The notes under the pieces are model-generated. The model worked only from the letters and a program-made list of their open reading frames with translations, had not been told where the DNA came from and ran no database searches. A stretch of 64,000 nt of DNA from Macrostomum lignano (Eukaryota). Below are positions 37,860 through 50,619 of this stretch, piece after piece (the first letter of the stretch is position 1; each line of letters begins with the position of its first letter). The stretch spans positions 248,001 to 312,000 of the forward strand of contig NIVC01000056.1 of the NCBI GenBank assembly GCA_002269645.1, in the 5' to 3' direction. The position numbers and the translations under genes were made by a program.

Positions 37860-40800
37860 ATGGTGTCGGAGGCAAGCGAGGCCGCCAGCGACGCTAGCAG
37901 TGCCACCGGAGCCAAGGCGTCTCGCTCCTCCAGGCTCATTGAAGATTTTCTCGCTCGCGAAGAGCGCAGAGGAAGCTGGTACTACCGGCTGAGAATGATT
38001 GTCATTCTAGCTCTGCCGCTCACCCTGGCCATCGGATTTGCCGGCTCGGAGATCTACTTTGCTGCTCAATCTCTGATTCGCGGCATTAGCATTGACGAAT
38101 ACTTGAGCTCGAAGAACCAGCTTGATGGCCTCAGCTATGCCCTCATGCAGGAGGGGATTTTGACGACAGTTACTTCTGTCAGTCCAAACAACGTTAAATC
38201 CCGCTTTGAGCTGTCGGCTAGCCGTGAACTGGTTGATGTGGGGGCAGAGACTCATCTGCCAAACTGGGCTCAGGAACTGTTGGCGAATGCGTCCGGCACG
38301 TGGCGTCGCAATGGTTTCGTTCCGGAGCTGCCGGTTGCAAACGAGACCATCATTAGGACTAACGCTGATGCCTGGGCCAGAGATATCCATCGAATATTCA
38401 GCATCGGCTTAGATTTCTCATACCGACTGGCCAGCCCATCGAATCTGTACGTGTCCGAGCGGGAAATGTGGGCCGGCATGCACGCTGACAGAGTTCTGGT
38501 GTTGTACGCTGACTACATCGCCATCACCGCGGGCTTGGGATACGCCTACTTCACGGAATGCGCGAGTCGCTGGCCTCACTGGGCCTGGTTCGTCCGCCTA
38601 ACCGGAGGCATCGCCGACCTTCGAGTGAACAGCGGCCGAGCCCTTCCCAAGGCCAGCAAGTTTTTTGCCAAGGAGCTGAACACCAGCGCAGCCAACGGCA
38701 AGGCCGCACTCTGGCTAAGCATGTCAGATGAAATCGCGCGTCAGTCGCTTGACCGATGCGTCAACGCCACCGTGTTGGAGAGGCGCAACCTGGCTGAACT
38801 GTGGCTGTACCTCAGCCTAGACCACTGGGCGAATGTGCGAGAATATCATAATCAGCTAGACAACCTGCTGAACGGCAGAATTAAAGCGGCCAATCGCGAC
38901 TCAACCTCCTACACAATTGGATTCGGATTCCTGGTGCTGGCCCTGATGCTCCTCTGCCTCGGAATCGGGTATTGGTACAGCCACAAGATTGCGGAGACCG
39001 TTGAGAGCATCATAGATCTAGCCAGGCTGATTGTGACCAAAAAAGCGGAAACAGCTGAGGAAAAGGTGATTTTCATAAATATAAATATAGCATTCAGGCC
39101 AGCAAGAGAAGTACTGTTGCCAGTAAAGCAGAGTTTAATCATCTTGCTCTTGAACTGTAGTAATGTACACATTTTGCTGTGATAGGGTAGCGAAACTCCA
39201 GTCTCAGCACTGTACAAGTTGTACTCAGCGCTCGAATGCGCCACGCAGTGGCTGCCCCTGATATATATATTATATATCTTTTGCAATTCCTTCGATTTAC
39301 TTTTCTAGAGACGAGCTGACGCAATCATCTACAACATTCTACCTGCCGAAGTGGTCTGGGATCTCAAGCGAGGCATTGTCCCAGAGGCCAGTCGCTTCGA
39401 GATGAGCACCGTCTTCTTTAGCGGGGTAGAAAATTTCGAAGATCTGGTGAAGAAAAGTCGACCTATTGAAGTATTTCAGATGTTGAACACCATTTACAGG
39501 TAGGTCTAAAAGAAGCTCATTCCGACTGCAAGTTTGACAAGTTGTCCCGCAGTTGTACGTTGTACGTTGTACGGGCTGTCTCAAGCCTCAATTCCATCTC
39601 ATCTCTCCTCGTTCCCCTGCCCATGCAGTGCCTTCGACAGCCGCATTGACAACTACGATGCGTACAAAGTCGAGACGATCTCCGACACCTACATGTTGGT
39701 CAGCGGTGCTCCCCGGCTGAACGGCAATCAGCACGCGCTGGAGGTGGCTCGGCTCAGTCTCGACCTGATGGCTACGTCGAAAAATTTGGTATTGAGCCAC
39801 CTGCCGGAGGAGCAAATCCATCTGCAGATTGGATTTCACTCGGGTAACGGGCTTCTCTGAGACACAACAGACTCTAGTGTGCACAAAATGGCTTGGAAAA
39901 TCCTACAGGCCATTAAATTGTGAATTTCAGGGCCATTAGTGACTGGCATGATTGGCAGCAAGAGTCCGCGATATTGTCTATTCGGTGACACGGTGAACAC
40001 GGCCTCGCGGATGAAGTCTCACGGTGAAGGTGAGTTGTTGCTAGACAATACTGGCGCAGAAGCAGCAGAGAAAGGTTTGCTAGGAAGCCCACGAAATTGA
40101 AATGGTTATTTTGATCTATTTACTCTTAGTGGATATCGGTTTGAATTGATAGTTCGCTGCCACCATATTCTTAACATTCAACTTTCCCTAGTAGTTCTCT
40201 GCAGGCTTGAATTCCGAGGCCTGACTCCTCCTTGCAACCTATAATATACCTCATTTCTAAGCTTATTCTTACCTTCAATTTTCTAGGTTAGCTTTGGAAA
40301 GGAAGCTTAACCTGTGTAAAAAAATGAGTAAAAAGTGACTACCCGGTATGACTATGACTATGATAAGTACTTCCGGCGCCTCAGCCTAAGTAAAAAGGCT
40401 CTTACGCCACTAGAGATAATTTAGTTTCCAGATTGGGAGTGTACTAATGTACACTAAAAGCCAATTAGACTATAGAGGACTGTACAGGGCAATATCATAA
40501 AATCCAAACCTCCCCGGGAGACAGTGACAGCGGTTCGACGAACCAGTCAGGAGCCCGTGCCCAAAAACCAGGTTAGAAGGCCCCTAAGCCTATTAGGGAT
40601 GGCCCGAAGGCCTAGAGCCGTGGCAACCATGCTGGGGCCGACCGCCCACCACCCCCGGGTAAATTCCGAGGCCTGACTCCTCCTTGCAACCTATGTTGTT
40701 AAAACGAGGTGCCGTCGAAACCGGCGCGGGTCAGTTCCGAAGAACTCTGCCGCAGTTATATTTTGTATTTGATCGAAAGAATTAAAAATATTTACAAGAT

Positions 40801-41454
40801 TTCGATTTGAATATTTATATGAATATTGAAATAAAAATGTACATATATAAAACTATTTTTCAATATTTTGCAGTATTTTGCACGCATTTGGGGATAAAAA
40901 AGAGGGGAGGGAAATCCCACACAAAGAAGGGATCTAATAAAAGCAGGACATCTAAAAAATACGTCCTTGCAACCTATAATATACCTCATTTCTAAGCTTA
41001 TTCTTACCTTCAATTTTCTAGGTTAGCTTTGGAAAGGAAGCTTAACCTGTGTAAAAAAATGAGTAAACTATGAATAAACCTGCTCTTGACTTAGAAAATT
41101 CCGCAGAGCCCTAACTAGACTAACTACAGACGTTTCCGGATCGGAAACTACTAACAGTAGTGTAAAAGCAAATTGCATTACGCGCTAAACTATGCCCTGC
41201 AATAAAAACAAATTTCAGCTTTCCGTATCCACATGAGCGAGCCGTCGGCCCTGCTACTTGAGGAATGCGGGGGCTTTAAAATCAAAGCTCGAGGCGAGAT
41301 CGAAGTGAAGGTAACAGTGAAAATCCGTTGCTTCTTGCCTCCCTGTTCTTGCGAAAGAAACTCAACTGAAAACTTTCAGGGCAAAGGGCCAATGCGGACC
41401 TACTGGCTGATTGGCGAGGCGTCCCACAGCAAAACTGCCCGGTTTGAAGACTGA
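37860..41454 (+). CDS. Membrane guanylyl-cyclase-like protein (TM - probable NIT domain - TM - class III cyclase, no kinase-homology domain), 625 aa
   Basis: join(37860..39065,39309..39499,39629..39843,39931..40029,41219..41310,41380..41454), 1878 nt, all GT-AG and in phase. Cyclase motifs: [63 protein letters not shown] and [16 protein letters not shown]. Two hydrophobic helices at ~aa 46-67 and ~351-373. Confidence 0.9.
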
Positions 41455-42149
41455 CGGCTTGAGAAGCGATATTTACTAGCACTGCTCTGATAGCGTAGAG
41501 TTAGTAAAAGTTATAATAGCGCTTGTGCACTTTAACTGCAGGACAATCACCTACTTAGCACAGAAAAGTAGAACTGCACAAACTCAATGGATCTGCTAAA
41601 ATCGACGCACCGCTTTTGTGCAATGGCACACAGCTTGATTAATTGGATTAAACTATAACGCAGGTATAGACTTACAAACTTGGCAAAATATAGTGCATGC
41701 AAGATGAAACTGGAACAAATGTAGAAGCTAACGTGTAGAAGAGGAACTGTGTACTTTACTCATTAGAAATCAGGTGCGCCTGAGCTGCTCAGCTTTCATT
41801 TATTGCACCGTAACGAATGAGGGTAGCATTTGAAGCTTTGTTAGCCGCGTGCAAAACATTTCGGTTGCAGTAATTAACGAATAGAAGACAGCAGCTTAGT
41901 GCATGACGACGAACCGTTTCTGAACTTTCTTTGACGCAAACTGGTCACTGCGCGATGCAGTGAATACGAAAACATATTTGTCTAGCATTCCGTCCGGATG
42001 TTTAAGCAGTCCTTGGCATGAATACAACTGATTCATCTTTGATAAAAGTAGTATATTAAGGACATTAGCCAGTGTTGCAAAATAGCTTAATTTAGAATAA
42101 CTCGCAAATGCTGTATCCAACGCAAAATTATCGGCCCTGTTGAAATTTG

Positions 42150-42251
42150 AGACGGACAGACAGACACTAAGACAGACAGATAGACAGACAGACACACAGA
42201 CAGACAGACAGACAGAAAGACATACAGACAGACAGACAGACAGACAGACAT

Positions 42252-42350
<99 letters not shown>

Positions 42351-42461
42351 TACAGACAGACATACAGACATACAGACAGACAGACAGACAGACATACAGA
42401 CAGACAGACACTAAGACAGACAGACACTAAGACACTAAGACAGACAGACAGACAGACACTA

Positions 42462-42518
<57 letters not shown>

Positions 42519-42519
42519 T

Positions 42520-42598
<79 letters not shown>

Positions 42599-42601
42599 GG
42601 C

Positions 42602-42658
<57 letters not shown>

Positions 42659-42665
42659 CTAAGAC
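42150..42665. repeat. (GACA)n microsatellite
   Basis: Visible simple repeat. Confidence 0.95.
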
Positions 42666-43147
42666 GGACCAGAAGGTCAGGATGCTTCATTAAATTAAAT
42701 CCAGTTTTACTCCCTATTGTGCCTAGGGAAAAATATCCCCAAAGCAGGCAGCTGAGAATTTATTAATCCCAAACTCCAAAGTGCCCTGATATTGCCCAGC
42801 TTGCTGTCCGAGCAGATTTACTTTGATACGCCTTAAAGCTCAGCGTCTCTACTCAACTTGATTTGCTGGCTCACCGAATAGAGCTCTCACAGCGCCTACA
42901 CAGCAACGGAAACTCTTCAAGGCGCCCAAAAAGTTTACGGATTACTCTTTCAGTGGATTGATTGATCGGCGTGGGATGAATTTCTGATTGGATGTTGGAT
43001 TCCTTGATAAAAATTTTGAGCGGAGGAAAATGTTTTGATAAAGAATAAATTTGATTGGTCGGCAAGATTCCTTTAAAAGATTTCAAACAAATATTGGCTG
43101 AAATTTGTTCCCGAAGTCATTCGGTGAGTCCTTGGCTTGCCGTGGCC

Positions 43148-44257
43148 ATGTCTTCCTTCTACGAGCGGGTCAAGGCCGTGTACGGCGGCATCCTGGTCTT
43201 CGGCCTGTTCGGCAACGCGGCCGTCGTGCTGACCGCCGCCAAGCAGAATACGGCGCACAAAGCCGTGAACATCTACCTGGGCCACCTGGCCGTGGCTGAC
43301 ATTCTTCATCTGTTGTCAATTCTGCCGCTGATGCACCTGGCCTCTGTGCAGAGCTGGGTCTGGGGCGAGGCAGCCTGCAAGGCTTACTACATGATCAATT
43401 ACCTGAACTGGACCGCCAGCATCTTCATCATCACCGCCATGGGATTTGACCGATTCGTAGCCGTGGTGCTGCCCGGCCAGTCGCAGCGCCTGCGCAGCCG
43501 CCGCTTTGCTTGGGGGCTCCTGCTGTGCCTGTGGTCGCTGAGCGGCCTGCTGGTCAGCCCCATCGGCGTCTCCAGCAGCGTCACCACCTGGGGCGAGGGC
43601 GAAAATGCCACCTACAGCTGCGGCCACATCCTGTTTGATAGCTTCGACGCTTCGAACGGATCCTCGATTGGCGAAGACCCGAATCCCGACGCCTGGTTCA
43701 CGCGGCAGATAAAGGGCATTGTGCAGAACGAGTTCAGCTTCGCTATGTACAATCTTGTAGTTGGCTGCGCAGTGCCACTCACTCTGCTCACGGCTTTCTA
43801 CGGATTAATAATTCACAAGGTGCGGCGTCAGGCCACGGCAACCATCGCCGGCGTCAACCAGGCTCAGCAGCGGCTCAGCCGGGTGAGCAAAATGGTGATT
43901 GCCGTCATCGTGTCCTACATTGTCTGCTCCGTGCCGCACTGGATTCACGTCAACCTCGGCGTCAGGGGCTTCATCCCGATGGAATGTCTGGTGGCGTCCT
44001 CGCACATCACTACGATTCTCGCTTACCTGAACAGCGCCTTCAATCCCGTTCTGTACGCCTGCTTCAACAGGCCGTTCTGCAGAAGTCTCAAACGTCTGCT
44101 GCCGGCTGGTTTTGTCCGACGCTCGCTTGAACGGCTCGGCTGTCTGCAGCGGCCGGCCAATCCGAGTGCTGCCAGAGAGCAGAATCCCATGCTCAGCCAG
44201 GTGACGTCACTGGGTCGCCGACGCACTCCCACTATGGAGCTTGAGAGTCGCGTTTAG
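43148..44257 (+). CDS. Intronless class A (rhodopsin-type) peptide GPCR, somatostatin/allatostatin-C/opioid/galanin-like, ~369 aa
   Basis: Seven hydrophobic segments with GN (TM1), NIYLGHLAVAD (TM2), W.WGEAACK, MGFDRFVAV (DRF), CSVPHW (TM6) and NSAFNPVLY (NPxxY). The first in-frame ATG is at 43148; the start is uncertain. Confidence 0.9.
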   Translation: MSSFYERVKAVYGGILVFGLFGNAAVVLTAAKQNTAHKAVNIYLGHLAVADILHLLSILPLMHLASVQSWVWGEAACKAYYMINYLNWTASIFIITAMGFDRFVAVVLPGQSQRLRSRRFAWGLLLCLWSLSGLLVSPIGVSSSVTTWGEGENATYSCGHILFDSFDASNGSSIGEDPNPDAWFTRQIKGIVQNEFSFAMYNLVVGCAVPLTLLTAFYGLIIHKVRRQATATIAGVNQAQQRLSRVSKMVIAVIVSYIVCSVPHWIHVNLGVRGFIPMECLVASSHITTILAYLNSAFNPVLYACFNRPFCRSLKRLLPAGFVRRSLERLGCLQRPANPSAAREQNPMLSQVTSLGRRRTPTMELESRV

Positions 44258-44509
44258 GGTGTATTGACACTGACAATACTGAACAGAGTGAAATTGCTGA
44301 CTTTATTGTTTTATTGTCCACGTCGTGTACTAATATGGTAATACGACATCGACTACAAGTTAAGCAAGTATAATAATAGTAATGACTTTAATAAACGCAT
44401 TACTATAGAGATGTGTAACTATTGTCAGGTGACAGATTCTGCCTCTTTTGATAGGTATGTAGCCGTAGTCTGTGGCTGGCTCTCCAGCCACCCCTTTCGT
44501 AGTTGGAGC

Positions 44510-47500
44510 CCTCTGTAGTAGCTGACTACCTCTCTGTAGTAGCTGACGCTCTCTCTGTAGCAGCTGACGCCCTCTCTGTAGCTGATGCCATCTCTGTAGT
44601 AGCTGACTCCCTCTCTGTAGTAGCTGACTCCCTCTCTGTAGTAACTGACGCCCTCTCTGTAGTAGCTGACGCCCTCTCTGTAGTAACTGACGCCCTCTCT
44701 GTAGTAACTGACGCCCTCACTGTAGTAACTGACGCCCTCTCTGTAGTAACTGACGCCCTCTCTGTAGTAGCTGACGCCCTCTCTGTAGCTGACGCCCTCT
44801 CTGTAGTAGCTGACGCTCTCTCTGTAGCAGCTGACGCCCTCTCTGTAGCTGATGCCATCTCTGTAGTAGCTGACGCCCTCTCTGTAGTAGCTGACGCCCT
44901 CTCTGTAGTAGCTGACGCCCTCTCTGTAGTAGCTGACGCCCTCTCTGTAGTAACTGACGCCCTCACTGTAGTAACTGACGCCCTCTCTGTAGTAGCTGAC
45001 GCCCTCTCTGTAGCTGATGCCCTCTCTGTAGCTGGTGCCGTCTCTGTAGCTGATGCCATCTCTGTAGCTGACGCCCTCTCTGTAGTAGCTGACGCCCTCT
45101 CTGTAGTAGCTGACGCCCTCTCTGTAGCAGCTGAGGAGTCTCAGAGTGAGCGACAAGCAAATGAGGTTGCAGGATCAAAGTTGAACTGATCCAAGCACAT
45201 CCAATCTTCTTCATTCTTAACTCAATTTCCAACTGATCCAGGACTGTTTCTATTCCACCCATCTGCCCTGATTAACCCGATTTCAACAGGTACCGGTGTA
45301 GCTGGGCAGCATGAGTAGGATTACATCGGATTTAACCGATGATTTCCGACATTTCATTTGAACTCCAGCTTAAAGTCCTTCTGCATTATTAATGGAATAC
45401 AAAATCAGCTTAGTAAAGTGCCATCCCGTCTAGACAGGGTCACGCAGCTTGTGGAGCTTTTTAGTTTAGCTCGTATATCAACTTTCCCTTATTGCACTGT
45501 ATTGACAAAATCAGCAATGTTAATATCGTTAAAGGGCATGAACTATTGCAGATAGTTAGCTAATGCAGAGAGGGCACCAGCCACAGAGATGGCATCAGCT
45601 ACAGAGAGGGCATCAGCTATAGAGAGGGCGTCAGCTACAGAGGGGGCGTCAGCTTTAGAGAGGGCACCAGCCACAGAGATGGCATCAGCTACAAAGAGGG
45701 CATCAGCTTTAGAGAGGGCATCAGCTACAGAGATGGCATCAGCTACAGAAATGGCATCAGCCACAGAAATGGCATCAGCCACAGAAATGGCATCAGACGC
45801 AGAGATGGCATCAGCCACAGAGATGGCATCAGCCACAGAGATGGCATCAGCCACAGAGATGGCATCAGCCACAGAAATGGCATCAGACGCAGAGATGGCA
45901 TCAGCCACAGAGATGGCATCAGTTACAGAAATGGCATCAGCCACAGAAATGGCATCAGCCACAGAAATGGCATCAGCCACAGAAATGGCATCAGCCACAG
46001 AAATGGCATCAGCCACAGAAATGGCATCAGACGCAGAGATGGCATCAGCCACAGAGATGGCATCAGCCACAGAAATGGCATCAGCCACAGAAATGGCATC
46101 AGCCACAGAGATGGCATCAGCTACAGAGATGGCATCAGCTACAGAAATGGCATCAGCCACAGAGATGGCATCAGCCACAGAGATGGCATCAGCCACAGAA
46201 ATGGCATCAGCTACAGAGATGGCATCAGTTACAGAGACGGCACCAGCTACAGAGATAGCATCAGCTACAGAGAGGGCGTCAGCTACAGAAGGGGGCGTCA
46301 GCTACAGAGAGGGCGTCAGCTACTACAGAGGGGGCGCCAGCTACTACTGAGGGGGCGTCAGCTACTACAGAGGGTGCACCAGCTACTACAGAGAGGGCGT
46401 CAGCTACTACAGAGGGGGCGCCAGCTACTACAGAGAGGGCGTCAGCTACTACAGAGGGTGCACCAGCTACTACAGAGAGGGCGTCAGCTACTACAGAGGG
46501 TGCACCAGCTACTACTGAGGGGGCGTCAGCTACTACAGAGGGTGCACCAGCTACTACAGAGAGGGCGTCAGCTACTACAGAGGGGGCGCCAGCTACTACT
46601 GAGGGGGCGTCAGCTACTACAGAGGGTGCACCAGCTACTACAGAGAGGGCGTCAGCTACTACAGAGGGGGCGCCAGCTACTACAGAGAGGGCGTCAGCTA
46701 CTACAGAGGGTGCACCAGCTACTACAGAGAGGGCGTCAGCTACTACAGAGGGGGCGCCAGCTACTACAGAGAGGGCGTCAGCTACTACAGAGGGTGCACC
46801 AGCTACTACAGAGAGGGCGTCAGCTACTACAGAGGGTGCACCAGCTACTACTGAGGGGGCGTCAGCTACTACAGAGGGTGCACCAGCTACTACAGAGAGG
46901 GCGTCAGCTACTACAGAGGGGGCGCCAGCTACTACTGAGGGGGCGTCAGCTACTACAGAGGGTGCACCAGCTACTACAGAGAGGGCGTCAGCTACTACAG
47001 AGGGGGCGTCAGCTACTACAGAGGGTGCACCAGCTACTACAGAGAGGGCGTCAGCTACTACAGAGGGTGCACCAGCTACTACAGAGAGGGCGTCAGCTAC
47101 TACAGAGGGGGCGCCAGCTACTACAGAGAGGGCGTCAGCTACTACAGAGGGTGCACCAGCTACTACAGAGAGGGCGTCAGCTACTACAGAGGGTGCACCA
47201 GCTACTACTGAGGGGGCGTCAGCTACTACAGAGGGTGCACCAGCTACTACAGAGAGGGCGTCAGCTACTACAGAGGGGGCGCCAGCTACTACTGAGGGGG
47301 CGTCAGCTACTACAGAGGGTGCACCAGCTACTACAGAGAGGGCGTCAGCTACTACAGAGGGTGCACCAGCTACTACAGAGAGGGCGTCAGCTACTACAGA
47401 GGGGGCGCCAGCTACTACTGAGGGGGCGTCAGCTACTACAGAGGGGGCGCCAGCTACTACAGAGAGGGCGTCAGCTACTACAGAGAGGGCGTCAGCTACT

Positions 47501-49560
47501 ACAGAGGGGGCGCCAGCTACTACTGAGGGGGCGTCAGCTACTACAGAGGGGGCGCCAGCTACTACTGAGGGGGCGTCAGCTACTACTGAGGGGGCGTCAG
47601 CTACTACTGAGGGGGCGTCAGCTCCTACAGAGAGGGCTAGGAAAATGTTTGATCCCATGATCACAAAGTCTAGCTGCATTGCGCGAGCATAGAGTTATAT
47701 TGCAAGGCAAACTTCTTACAGGAACTATTTGTATCATGAGTTATGGTTTGAATAGAACCTTTTGGAGAGCATTTAACTTGCACTATTGGTGAAAAATATT
47801 CTGGAAAGAAATCTTTCGCAAGTCACTACTGTACATTACAGTGGCTATCGTTCTGGGCTGTTCAGTGGAGGGACGTCAAAAGAAAAAAATCTACATAAAA
47901 AAGTAGTGAATAAGAAATTTTGACGTAACGGGAGTTAAAAAATCTCTTCAATCAATTTTTCTATAATTTCCATTGCGTCTCGATGTTCTTGAGCCATTGG
48001 GGAAAATAATTTATCCTCTGCAGTAAGGTTTAAAGTGCGCAGGCCTGCGCCCCCCTCTGTAGCTGACGCCCCCTTCTGTAGCTGACGCCCCCTTCTGTAG
48101 CTGACGCCCTCCTCTGTAGCTGACGCCCCCTTCTGTAGCTGGCGCCCCCTTCTGTAGCTGACGCCCCCTTCTGTAGCTGGCGCCCCCCTCTGTAGGCTGG
48201 CGCCCCCTCTGTAGCTGGCGCCGCCCTCTGTAGCTGGCGCCCCCCACTGTAGGCTGGCGCCCCCTCTGAAGCTGCCCCCCCCTCTCTGTAGCTGGCGCCC
48301 CCCTCTGTAGCTGGCGTCCCCCCCCTGCAGCAGGCGCCGCCCTCTGTAGCTGGCGCCCCCCTCTGTAGCAGGCGCCGCCCTCTGTAGCTGGCGCCTTCTC
48401 TGTAGCTGGCGCCTTCTCTGTAGCTGGCGCCCCCCTCTGTAGCTGGCGCCCCCCTCTGTAGCTGGCGCCCCCCTCTGTAGCTGGCGCCCCCCTCTGTAGC
48501 TGGCGCCCCCTCTGTAGCTGGCGCCCCCTCTGTAGCTGGCGCCCCCTCTGTAGCTGGCGCCCCCCTCTGTAGCTGGCGCCCCCATCTGTAGCTGGCGCCC
48601 CCCTCTGTAGCTGACGCCCCCTTCTGTAGCTGGCGCCCCCCTCTGTAGCTGGCACCCCCCTCTGCAGCAGGCGCCGCCCTCTGTAGCTGGCGCCCCCCTC
48701 TGTAGCAGGCGCCGCCCTCTGTAGCTGGCGCCCCCTCTGTAGCTGGCGCCCTCTCTGTAGCTGGCGCCCCCCACTGTAGCTGGCGCCCCCTCTGTAGCTG
48801 GCGACCCCCTCTGTAGCTGACGCCCCCTCTGTAGCTGGCGCCCCCCTCTGTAGCTGACGCCCCCATCTGTAGCTGGCGCCCCCCTCTGTAGCTGACGCCC
48901 CCTTCTGTAGCTGGCGCCCCCATCTGTAGCTGGCGCCCCCCTCTGTAGCTGACGCCCCCTTCTGTAGCTGGCGCCCCCCTCTGTAGCTGGCACCCCCCTC
49001 TGCAGCAGGCGCCGCCCTCTGTAGCTGGCGCCCCCCTCTGTAGCAGGCGCCGCCCTCTGTAGCTGGCGCCCCCTCTGTAGCTGGCGCCCTCTCTGTAGCT
49101 GGCGCCCCCCACTGTAGCTGGCGCCCCCTCTGTAGCTGGCGACCCCCTCTGTAGCTGACGCCCCCTCTGTAGCTGGCGCCCCCCTCTGTAGCTGACGCCC
49201 CCATCTGTAGCTGGCGCCCCCCTCTGTAGCTGACGCCCCCTTCTGTAGCTGGCGCCCCCTCTGTAGCTGGCGCCCCCCTCTGCAGCAGGCGCCGCCCTCT
49301 GTAGCTGGCGCCCCCCTCTGTAGCAGGCGCCGCCCTCTGTAGCTGGCGCCCCCTCTGTAGCTGGCGCCCTCTCTGTAGCTGGCGCCCCCCCCCACTGTAG
49401 CTGGCGCCCCCTCTGTAGCTGGCGACCCCCTCTGTAGCTGACGCCCCCTCTGTAGCTGGCGCCCCCTCTGTAGCTGGCGCCCCCTCTCTGTAGCTGACGC
49501 CCCCTCTGTAGCTGGCGCCCTCTCTGTAGCTGGCGCCCCCTCTGTAGCTGGCGCCCCCTC
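44510..49560. repeat. Three arrays of one 18-21-bp minisatellite family (CTGACGCCCTCTCTGTAG[TAG]) in alternating orientation: 44510-45130, 45570-47635 (inverted), 48050-49560
   Basis: Visible units; source of the ATERAS/ATEMAS/LLQRGRQ ORFs. Confidence 0.92.
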
Positions 49561-50619
49561 TCAAGCTTCTTACTTTTGCTGCTTAATTTGAGTTGAATTT
49601 AGCGAAAAATTCACAGGTTGAGCTGTAATTACAGTTAAAGCATTTTCTCTTATAGTTTAATTTAAAGAATTAAAACAGCATGCATGGCCTTCGGGCACTC
49701 TATTCCCATGGGAAGCAAATTCAATCAGAGCATGGAGTGTAAATTTAAAAAGCAAACTGATTGAATCCCATATGCAGGCTTAAATTGCTTGATTATCAGT
49801 TCGAATCATTTCATTTCCTCCTACGAGCTCCTGTCTGTCCCAGCTTCATCATTTTTGTCACGATTTCATCTCCGAGTTCCTCACAGATTTGAGCTGCAGG
49901 GTCTGCATTTGACTGGACCTTCGAGCTGCATGAAAGTCAATTAAAAAAACTGACTTTTTAATCTGTTTTGAACAGATGGGCCGCAGTTCTTCCGTTACTG
50001 TTAGAAAAGAACCGGACAAGGACCAAACGACAATGTCTGCATATAATTGAGAAAAATACACAAAAACGACCAAAATGTCAACTGGAGTTTTCTATCTCGT
50101 CGAACTCTGGCTGGATTTTAAGTGGAGACGTCAATTAGTGACCAGCCAGAAACAAAGAGACACATTGAGACAATTGGCGAGCAAGGCGAGCAACGCGCGG
50201 GAGGCGCACGGCAAAAAAGCGACCTCCAAGCTATGTATTTTATAAAGAGTTACAAAGAAATTTTTTTTGAGTTGAAAGCAGAAATTGAATTGAAAAAAAA
50301 TCTCAAGCGGAGAGCTGCGCGCAAATTGAGTCAGAAAACGCGGTAAGAGGCTCACCTAAAAAGGCTAGCAGGCGGAGGGGGGGTGGGGGCCAGCCCCCAC
50401 CCCACACAGATGCACAGAGACCGCAAGGGGCGGGCTGATCACTAAGCCGGTTTGCACAGGTGCAAGCACCCATGCAAACCAAAGCATTAGTGACCAGCCA
50501 GCACGAAGAGACACATTGAGACAATTGGCGAGCAAGGCGAGCAACGCGCGGGAGGCGCACAGCAAAAAAGCGACCTCCAAACCCAAAGCGAGCAAGCGAA
50601 CAAAAGCAAAAGGCTGGGA

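Noticed and set aside
44425-49564. Long ORFs (ATEMAS, ATERAS, LLQRGRQ, SVVADA) as a repetitive or adhesive protein
   Set aside because: Several frames on both strands are open because the units are multiples of 3. Variation is not biased to synonymous sites, and I found no signal peptide or convincing splice linkage.
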